Assembly: GCF_036321535.1 (NCBI RefSeq)
Contig: NC_087472.1
Location: 93,374,001 to 93,438,000, forward strand
Direction: 5' to 3'
Origin: Camelus dromedarius
Taxonomy: Eukaryota
Length of the DNA: 64,000 nucleotides
In this document: one piece after another, positions 53,978 to 64,000 of the stretch
Layout: each line of letters opens with the position of its first letter
Numbering within the stretch: position 1 is the stretch's first letter
Notes under the pieces: generated by a model
Databases searched by the model: none
Told to the model about the DNA's origin: nothing
Seen by the model: the letters and a program-made list of their open reading frames with translations, nothing else
Program-made: the position numbers and the translations under genes

Positions 53978-55689
53978 TTTTATTAATCTTCCTTTATGCT
54001 TGCTGTAAAAAAATCAAGCAATATAAAGACTTACAAAGAAATGTGATATCTTCTCTACTACAAATGATCGATGTTAAAATTTTTTCTAGCATCCTTTTGC
54101 ATGTTTCTTTGTGCCTCCTTCTATAAGTATATGTAAATGTATAATTGCCTCCCCTCATCTAGTATGGTTACAAAAATGTGATCATTTTATATATATTACT
54201 AGGCTATTTTAAAATTTTGTTTGTTTTTTTCTTAGTAATATATACTATACATTCACCTTCCATGATAGCGTACATAGAGCTAGCTCATTATTTTTAAATA
54301 ATTGCTTAATATTCTCTGTTGAAGGATTTAGGCTCAGGCTATAGGTTATTTCTCAACTGAGTTTTATTATCCTTGTAACTAGTGAGATTCTTTATAGGTT
54401 CTACCAGTTAGTTTCAGTTAATTTTATTTGGTGTATATTGAAGTTTTTTGGTTTGTTTTTTACTTTTCCCTTTGTCTTTGGCTGAGAAGACATTACTTGG
54501 AAAAACATGAGAGAAGATATGTTGGCAATTTCTAGCCAGATCCAGTTTTAAGTTAGTAGTGTCTCTAACTTTTATATCCATGTGTTACTCTTTTCCACAA
54601 GCCTTGCCCCTTCATCCTCTTCACTTATAAGAGTTTGTTCTTTCTCAAATTAAAGTTAAAGCTAGAAATTAAATTTCTCAGCAAGATATACAGAGACCTC
54701 AGACATTTCCTCTCCTCTCTCCAGCCTCATTCTCAGCAACTCCTGATCTCCAAAATATCAGACACCATGCAACTACTTTCAATCCTGGGTTATTTCTTGC
54801 TCTTCTGGACCTCCTTATATAAATTCATATTTTTCTTTCTGCCTTGAGTATCCTTTCTTGTTTTCTGTTTCTGACTAATTCTTACATGTTCTCAACAATC
54901 AGTTTAGAAATATCAATCCGTAAACCTCACTCCATTTCCACCCTATCCAATCTAGACTCGTTTCTTGCTTTTACACTGTCTGTAATAGTATCTATCATCA
55001 AGTTGCTACTGTATCTGACAGCCCCAAAAGTGTTTCCTTAGTTTCCCTGACTCCTCAAGCTCTCATTATGCATCTCCCCTTTGTTACCATGAACAATAAA
55101 AATCAGTAGCACATACAACAAAATTTAACATTTAAACATTAATAATAAAGTACATGAAACATGTATACATGTATTTATTTATAAGTTAGATAGAGATAAC
55201 ATATCAATATAGACTTAAATCCCCAGATGTCTAAACACAGAATACAATGCTAATCAATGAATATATGTTAAATGACAAATGTACTTCACCACGGGAAAGA
55301 AATAACTTTACAAGGTTTTATTCTCTTTTTAGATCCTGTTCAGTGAAGTTTTTAATGGTTAAGTTGTAAGAAAGAGGTGTGGATGCTTTATATGAACATG
55401 AACAGAATAGACTTTTCTGCCTATCTTTTAAAAATCTCTCTTCAGCATTTCAACCCCCTTAAAAAAGGTTTATATTTGTAAGGAATATGTCTGCTATAAG
55501 CATCACACTAATTTTATAATCTGGGAACTCAGTAACTTTGGAATATAGTCCCAAACCACCTGTGCTTTGCCATGTGAACTACAGGAGCATCAGCGCCAAC
55601 TATGTTCTATTGTCACCTTCTGCCCCAGTGGCCTACTAGCCTCTTTGCTCAGCCCCCTGACTGCTTCTTATAAAGAATAATCAATGCTA

Positions 55690-55830
55690 GAATTAGGAGG
55701 GACCTTAGCAACAGCAATGTGAGCTCCCTTGTGTTACAGATAAGGAAATTGAGGCCCATAGGTTCAGTAGCTTGCCCAGTAGTTTGCAGTGAGTCACTGA
55801 TAGTCAGAAACTCTTGTATCCCCAGCCAGT
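55690..55830 (-). mobile_element. MIR fragment
   Basis: ttacagataaggaaattgaggccca...agcttgccca. Confidence 0.7.
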
Positions 55831-55834
55831 GCTT

Positions 55835-57735
55835 CTTTCTTTCTTTTTTCTTTTCTTTTCCAGTTTTATTGAGATGTAATTGACATACAGCATTGCATAA
55901 GTTCAAGGTGTACAACATAATGATTTGGCTTACATACATCATGAAATGATTACTATAATGGGTTTAGTGAACATCCATCATACAACATTAAAGAAATAGA
56001 AAAAAATTTTTTTTCTTGTGCTAAGAACTCAGGATTTACTCTCAACTTTTATATAATGTACAGCAGTGTTAATTATCTTTATCATGTTGTGTATTACATC
56101 TCTAATATTTATTTATCTTCTAACTGGAAGTTTGTACCTTTTGACTGCCTTCATCTAATTCCTCCATCCCCCACCCCCGCCTCTGGCAGCCACAAATCTG
56201 ATCTCTTTCTGTGAGTTTGTTTGTTTGTTTTTGAAGTATTAATGACCTACAACTCTATGTTAGTTACTGTGATACAACATAGTGATTCTGTATTTCTGTA
56301 CATTTCAAAATGATCACACTAAGTCTAGTTGTCATCTGTTATCATACAAAGATATTACATAATTATTGGCTATATCCTCCACAGTGTACATTTCATGCCC
56401 ATGACTCATTTATTTTATAACTGAAAGCTTGTACCTCTTAATCTCCTTCACCTATTTACCACCCCCAACTCCTCCCCACTGGCAACCACCTGTTTGTTCT
56501 CTGTATCTATGACTGTTTCTGTTCTGTTCTATTTGTTCATTTGTTTTGTTTTATAGATTTCACAAATAAGTGAAATCACACAGCATTTGTCTTTCTCTAT
56601 CTGACTTATTTCATTTAGCATAATAACCTCTAGGACCATCCATCCACTCTCAAATGGCAAGATTTCATTCTTTTTTATGACTGAGTAATAATCTACTGTG
56701 TATGTATATACCACATCTTTTTCATCCATTCATCTATTGATGGGCAGTTAGGTTGCTTCCATATCTTGGGTTTTGTAAATAATACTGAAATGAACATAGG
56801 GCTGCATATATCTTTTTGAATTAGTGTTTTTGGTTTCTTCAGGTAGATACCAAAAGTGGAATTACTGAATTGTGTGGTAGTTCTGCTTTTAATTTTTTTG
56901 TTTTCCACAGTGGCTACACGAATTTACATTCCCACCAACAGTGCACAAAGGTTTCCTTTTCTCCACATCCTCGACAACACTTGTTATTTGTTGTCTTTTT
57001 GATAATAGCGATTCTGACAGGTGTGATGAGATTTCATTGTGGTTTTGATTTGCATTTCCCTGATGATTATTGATGCTGATCATCTTTTTGTGTGCCTGTT
57101 GGCCATCTGTTTGTCTTTGAGAAAATGTCTATTCAGGTCCTCTGTTTGTTTTTAATCAAATTGGTTTTTTGATGTTGAGTTGTATGAGTTCTTTGTATAT
57201 TTTGTATGTTAACCCCTTGTCAGATATATCATTTGCAATTATCTTCTCCCATTCAGTAGGTGGCCTTTTATTTTACTGATAGTTTCTTTTGCTGTGCAGA
57301 AGCTTTTTAGTTTGATGTAGTCCCATTTGTTTATTTTTGCTTTTTTTCCCTTTCCTGGGGAGATGTATCCAAAAAAGTTGGTAAGACCAATGTCAAAGAA
57401 TGTATTACCTATGTTTTCTTCTAGAAGTTCTATGGTTTCAGGTCTTACATTTAAGTCTTTAATTCATTTGGAGTTCATTTTTTCATATGTTTGAGAAAAT
57501 AGCCTAGTTTGTACTTTTGCATGTAGCTGTCTGGTATTCCCAACACCATTTATTGTAGAGGCTGTCTTTTCCCCATTGTATTTTCTTGTCTCCTTTGTTG
57601 TAGATCAATTGCCCATATAAATGTGGGTTCATTTCTGGGTTCTCTATTCAGTTCCTTTGATCTATGTTTCTTTTTTTGTGCCAGTACCGTACTGTTTAAT
57701 TACTCTAACTTTGAGGTAAAGTGTGAAATCAGAGA
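55835..57735 (-). mobile_element. 5'-truncated L1 (L1MA9-derived artiodactyl-type)
   Basis: T-rich tail, long 3' UTR and ORF2 C-terminal remnants (KDICSPMFISVLFT). Confidence 0.9.
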
Positions 57736-60700
57736 ACTTGTTCTTGGTTTTATCTAAAGAAGAAGCTAATGTTCAGAATGATTTAAGAAATAGAAGTTTC
57801 ATTTTGGATAAAAATATGTATATGAAAAAGAGGCAAAATTTTTATATGGATATATATTTCTTTTTTAATTGTTTCTGTAGGCATAAAAAGAATGAACATC
57901 AATGAAAGAGAAGAGTTAGAAAAGTAGATAACTGTGTATCATGTATGTGTATATTCATTTATTGCCTTATAAATTATAAAATAGAATTGAGGAAGATAAC
58001 ATAGGTTTTATAACATTCAGCAAAGCTGATAAAATGGCTTGAAGACTCAGGCAAAGCTAAAAGGCCCCTTAAAAGTCAGAAAAAAAATTTAATTAAATTA
58101 GTAATTTTTAAACTTGGGGAAATATTGGCAGAGACTAATCTGAATGAAAATGTTGCTTACCTCTAGAAATATAATTTGGAATCAGAGACCTATCACTTCC
58201 CAAATTAGGAAAATTATCTGATTTCTCCAAGCCTTAGTTTCTTTCACTATAAAGTGACACTGAATGGCATGCCTATCTCCTAGATTTGTCTGAGTGAGAT
58301 AAATAAATTAAAAGCCCTACAGTAACACAAATTAGTATATAATCTGATTGTCAAAGAAGGAGGGGAGGGATTAAAGTCCACAGCACTAAAATCACCCATT
58401 ACCATCCATGTTTAAGCTGTACTTGCAAATGATTTTTATTATATTTGCAAATAATTGATGACTTGTAAATACCAATAGAAATAATAGTTATAATCCCATA
58501 GGATTTATAATAGTATCATTATTAGTTCTTTTAGGGATAAATTTTTGGTTAATAAAATCAGTCTAAATTACTGAGGAAATCAAAGCAGAGGCTTAAAAGT
58601 TTTGCTTTGTCAAATTAATTAAATTTCATTTTTCCTTAATTAAACATAGTATTGGTGTACCTGTTCATGACAATTATTCCTTACATTTTTAGTGAGCAGC
58701 TTGACCCTAACAAAGGAAATTTAAAATTTTCAAGAGGTGAAATGGCAAAAGAACATGAATAATTTCCTAAAACTGGAAATCAGTAATTCAAACTATATCC
58801 ATTTACATACCTAAGTATGATGAACATCATGAATCTTGTTCATCTCTCTTGTCTAGAACATAGCCTGGTACACAGTAGATGCTTAATAAATATTGGATGA
58901 GTGAATGTTGTATCAGGTTCTAAAGGAGAAGGAAATCACAAGGAGTCTAAATTATTTAAATTAAGAGCAAAATGATTCCCCCCACTATGAGCAAGTACGT
59001 TGCTATGTGTTTCCCTTGAAAGCTTTGGATAAAATTAATACATTATGAAATGTGCATATTCTTTTATAGAAGACTTGTGTCATAGCTTCACTTGGGTAAG
59101 CATGTTTCTGATTTGCATGTAAATCTTAAAAAAAACCAGTGGCCTCTTGGACAATTCATTTGATCAGTCTAATCCTCAGTTTCCTCATTAATAAGATCAG
59201 AAATTTTGGTTGGATACTCTTTCCAAATCTAGTATTCTAAATGTCTGTGATTCTGGATTTTACTTAAATAAAACAGATTCATTAAATAACCTGGGTTTTA
59301 TGAGTATAAATGAGAAAACATAGACTTAGTTCACAGTATCAACAGTATATAATAAAAATAATTTGGTTTTTTTGGTAGTTCATATTTTTCCTCCATCTTA
59401 CCTTCCAGAACACATTTATATTTTCTTTGTCTTACTTTTATTTTTCCTTGTAACTATACAAACAAAAAAATGTGCCAATTACTTTTTTAAAGGGTGTAAA
59501 AATGACTCAGTGGAGGAGACTTGAAAGTTATAACAACAAGGGGAATGTGTTTCTAAATTCACTGTCTGTTTTGGTTCCCAGAAGATTGAGAAGTGTTTTT
59601 AAAACATTGTGCAAGTTCATGTTCATGACTAATTGCTATGAGGAATACTGTACTCCTATAGTATCAGTATGTATAATACAGAAAATCCAAATTGAAGTTT
59701 GAGAGTACCTATCTCTCATTTTTTTTAATTGCCAAAAAAAAAAAAAAACTTAAATTTGCTGGAGCACAGTTTCTGTGGAACCACTTTTCTGAGTTTTATC
59801 TCAAATGTTGCACAGCACCATGGAAAAGTATTATCTGCTCCTCACACAGTCAACACACCTAGTGTTGTACTAGTTTCAAAAACTTACACACACTATGGAA
59901 GGAGAAATTCACAGAAAATTAAGAAGAAGAAAGGAAACTTTTTTTTTATTTTAATGAAAATAATAAGTGCCTAATAATTTGAGATTTTGCTCATCTATGT
60001 ATCACAATAGAAACTGGGGGGAAATTGTTCTTTTTTATTTAAAATGACATTTGGCAAGCATGTAAACCTTATCTGGACTTATTTTAGTTAAATTCCTTAA
60101 AATAATTCAATTCTGGGCTAAAGGAAAGTAAGATATTTCAGCCCCCAAAAATAATTTTTCACAACAAATAACTGAAGCTAGGATTTGGAATGAAGGTGCC
60201 ATCTGAACTCAAGTTTTAGCACTGATAATTTCAAGCCTGAGGAAAACTGATTATAGTGTTTGCTCATCCTAGAAGACAGGGAAATCCTAGGTAATGGGAG
60301 AGAAAAAAATGTAGTTTGAAAATCTAATTGACTGTCCATGCTTAAAATAAATGACACAAATAACAAAAACACAAAAGAGGCTTTTTTAATCATCACACAA
60401 TTGTATGCTTTAAAAACTGAATTTGAACCCCTTGAAGTAACATAATTTACTTGAGGAAATTCTAAGTACCTCTATCACTACAGAAAGTTCTAGTGTATAC
60501 ATGGACAGAGTCAAAAGTCCTAGCATAAAACTGCTGAAAATGGCTAGTTAAATTATTGCATGACTTGACAGAGGTGATAAAACATGGAGTTACCTTCCTA
60601 TAAGGATAGAGTGGTTCATTTTCATGTCTATTTTTAACTAAGTATGAGAAAGTAATGTATTTTTTTAACAGAAATTCTGAAAGCTTTTAAAAACATAGAA

Positions 60701-60904
60701 AATAGAACTTTAATGCTGGAAAGAAAATTGAATGTTATTTGACTACTTTCCACCCCTTCCTTCTCTCCATTTTAAAGATCTGGAAACTGATGATAAATGA
60801 CCAGATTTCTGTTAGCCCATCTCAGGGCTGAAATTTAACTTTATGACACTCTGCCTTTGGTTTTCTCTCCTTACTACACTGATTCCAATATTCAGCTTTC
60901 CTTT

Positions 60905-60998
60905 TTTTCATATTTATATATTTAATTGAAGTATAGTTGTTTTACAATGTTGTGTTAGTTTCACATGTACAACGAAGTGATTCAGTTGTGTGTGTGTA

Positions 60999-61065
<67 letters not shown>

Positions 61066-61442
61066 TTGCAGATTCTTTTCCATTATAGGTTATTGCAAGC
61101 TATTGAATATACTTTCCTGTGCTATACAGTAGGACCTTGTTGTTTATCTATTTTATATATAGTAGTGTGTATATGCTAATCCCAAACTCTCAATTTATCT
61201 CTCCCCCCTCTTTCCCCTTTGGTAACCATAAGTTTATTTTCAATATTTATGAGAATATTTCTGTTTTGTAAATAAGTTCATTTGTACCATTTTTTTAGAT
61301 TCCACATATAAGTGATATCATATGATATTTGTCCTTCTCTGACTTACTTCATTTAGTATGATAATCTCTAGGTCCATCCATGTTGCTGCAAATGGCATTA
61401 TTTTATTATTTTATATGGCTGAGCAATAGTCCATTGTATATA
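60905..61442 (-). mobile_element. L1 3' end with an internal (TG)n(TA)n microsatellite at 60987-61041
   Basis: ggtccatccatgttgctgcaaatggcatt and a 3' UTR similar to the other L1s in the window. Confidence 0.9.
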
Positions 61443-61989
61443 CTCTTGTATATTTTATCTGATTTTTCTCCTTATTGCTTCCTAGGAAGCAAGATTAATT
61501 AACCAATCGTTTATGTTTGGTTTCCCAGACTATTCCCAGATGCTATGACTGTATCTGGGATGTCAAAGTTTAACACAGTTCTTTGAGTCCTGACTCAAAG
61601 GCAAAGACTGGGTAGCAGGACCTTCTCTTTTGTCCTCCTCCAGCCTAATATTATTACATGCTTTGGGATTCCCATGCCCTGGGTTCATCCCTGCCTAGTG
61701 AGCAGGATGATGAAAAAATTCAAGTTGGATTCTTCTGCCTGAGGATTACCTCCTAATGTTTTAATTTTTGATGACTTGGGCTGACTTTTCATTTCTGATA
61801 ACTTCCTGCTCCAACTTCTGCCACTGAACATTAGTAAATAAAGTATTCACAAAGTAGCAGTGTGGCTCAACAGTATAGTGTGGGGGTCGGTCAAGAGATG
61901 GGATTTTGGTCCTTCACCTGATTTCTGTTCCATCATCGTACATAGTTTCAGGATGACATATGGTTTGGGAACACAATTGCTTAAGAGTT

Positions 61990-62440
61990 CAAACTCTGGG
62001 TTCAAAGGTAGTAGTATGCTCTTGAGGGAATAAGTTCTGAGCTCTGTGATTGTTTCCTCATCAACCAAAGGTGGTAATAATAAAATATAAATAATAGAAT
62101 TGTTGGGAGAAAAAAAGGCAATTTGTTTGAAGAGTTTAGCATTAAGCTTGACAAAGAGTATTGCTTGACAAAATGTAGCAATGATTATTACTATTACTGT
62201 GGTGACTTTCCACTATCCATATAGTAATTACTACCGCCATCTACTTCCCTCTTAGGAAGAATTTATAAAACTGCTATGTGGAGAAAGGATGGGTTTTTGA
62301 GTTAGACTTACTTGCATTTAAAATATCAATTATACAAGCTGCTAGGTATATGAACTCTGGATAAGTTATTCACTCTTTCATAGGCCTAGTAGTCCTCATC
62401 TGTGAAATGGAGATTGTATCAGAGAACTGTTTTCAGAAAA
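61990..62440 (+). mobile_element. Two MIR fragments
   Basis: tgtttcctcatcaaccaaag and gtcctcatctgtgaaatggagat. Confidence 0.55.
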
Positions 62441-63357
62441 TAAAATGAGAGCTGACAGTCAGAGCAAGATATATTGATTGAGTGTGTTTTTGTCAGGTGG
62501 TGATGTGGAGGTAAGCCTTATGGAAAATATGTGTTTGGGATGAGATGAAGGGTAGGGAACCAATAGGGAATTCCAAGTCATGTAAGGCTTTTAAGGAAAT
62601 AATTTAGTTCTAAGCATATTTGTGCTTTTGGTAGTAGTTTGAAAAGTTTTGTAGGTGTGACATAGAAAACAAACTGTTCAAATGAAAAATAAGATATTAT
62701 CTCTGTCACCCCATTTAATGTAACACTTTATCTGTGGCAGTTTACAGTTGTTTATGAGAATGGTATGTGTGTTAAAGAGCCCCAAGGTTTTTGGAAGTTT
62801 GAAACCTCATAGCTAATAAAGAACACTAATGGAAATGATAATGTTGCAGTTGCAGCAGACTGGGTTTTGTATTATTTTATAATTATGATGTTATGCTTTT
62901 CTCTTACTAAAATACTAACAATTTGCTAGGCCAGTAAAGCCTAATAAGTTGGTGAGCACATCGTTTGATTTGCTCCTGTGGTTGCAGAAGAGTTTGAGTA
63001 TTTTTGAAGCAGAAACAGATAAAAGAAGGCTTATTTAAAATAATAAAATCCAGAAGTGAAATAGAGAGGGAAAAAAAGGAAACTTCCCCGGTGTTCAGGG
63101 CTGGTGTGTCTGTGGTCCAATATTCAGTCATCTATAAAGGCCTTCTCCAGAAGTATAGATCCCATGAGATGTTTGGAATGACACCCTCAGTGATTACACT
63201 TGTCCTATGTTTGTTTTTTCAAAACAAAAATATTTCTTTAAAAGATAGTACATCAAGTCTCTTATGTTGTGATTTAGTTTCTTATTAATTTGTTGTTCCC
63301 CTAGAGCCAAAGAAAGGGGCTCACAGAAGGGAAGCAGAGAGGGGACGAACTAGGGGG

Positions 63358-63771
63358 TATGGTAGATTATAATACTGCTCAGAAATATTTACTTATTCTT
63401 GCCTCTCCCTATTCAAGAGGTGGAGTATATTTCCCTATCCTTTGATTTTTGGGTTTATGTGACTTGCGTTGGCCAAAAGAATGCAGTGAAAGTAACAACA
63501 TAACTGGTCTGAGCCTTGGTCTTAAAGGGCTTCATGGTTCTTTGCTTGCAAGTCTTGTGCTTCTGCCATTTCTATGATATTTCTGAGCTTACTTGTCAGT
63601 TCAACAAGGAAGAAGAGAGATACATGGATAGAACTACTCCAGCCAAGTCCAGCCTAAATCAGGTGATCCCTAGCTTACCCATTGATGCATAAGAAATACA
63701 TGTGTAGTATTGTACGTAACCAGGATTTAGTGTTTGTTATGCAGTGTGCCATAGTGATAGATAACTGACAC
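63358..63771 (+). mobile_element. MLT1 (MaLR) solo LTR
   Basis: atgtgacttgcgttggccaaaagaatgcagtgaaagtaac...tttgttatgcag...atagataactgacaca. Confidence 0.75.
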
Positions 63772-64000
63772 AGTAGGGCATGCTTAAAACCAGTTTTGCC
63801 TATTCTCCACCATTTTTCAAGTTCCTTTCCCCTCACATGAGGCCTGAAGAAACTCGTTGAAGGGACTATAGTGTAGACATAACTCTACTAAAGTCTTTAT
63901 TATTTTTCCAGGCCCAAGTAAAGCATCCATGATTATGTTTTCTCTTGAAGTATATCAAATTGCCTCCTTAAAGCTTGCTGTTTTTCAGTTGCATCTATTG

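Overview
Repeat-rich, AT-rich mammalian genomic DNA, most likely camelid (camel/alpaca): two tRNA-derived SINEs look like the camelid Vic-1 type. I find no intact protein-coding gene. The recognisable ORFs in the track are LINE-1 fragments, and the rest look like chance ORFs. Bases 1-23190 are a nested stack of retroelements: an old L1MB-like element with several nested insertions, then a class I (MER4-group-like) ERV remnant split by three L1s, one of them a full-length 7.8 kb copy with TSDs. At about 23.2-24.1 kb there is the only CpG-rich non-TE segment. It carries GC-box/NRF1/ETS/CRE-like motifs, a degenerate ~42-bp repeat and outward-facing splice donors on both strands, so it is probably a bidirectional promoter of unidentified transcript(s). 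L1 orientation mostly flips across it (+ on the left, - on the right). The right 40 kb is intron-like or intergenic, with solo LTRs, a two-LTR MaLR provirus, a Tigger MITE, MIRs and truncated L1s. Subfamily names are recalled from consensus sequences and were not confirmed by a search. I see no evidence for a new multi-gene system; the best leads are the orphan promoter and some unusual L1 integration structures.
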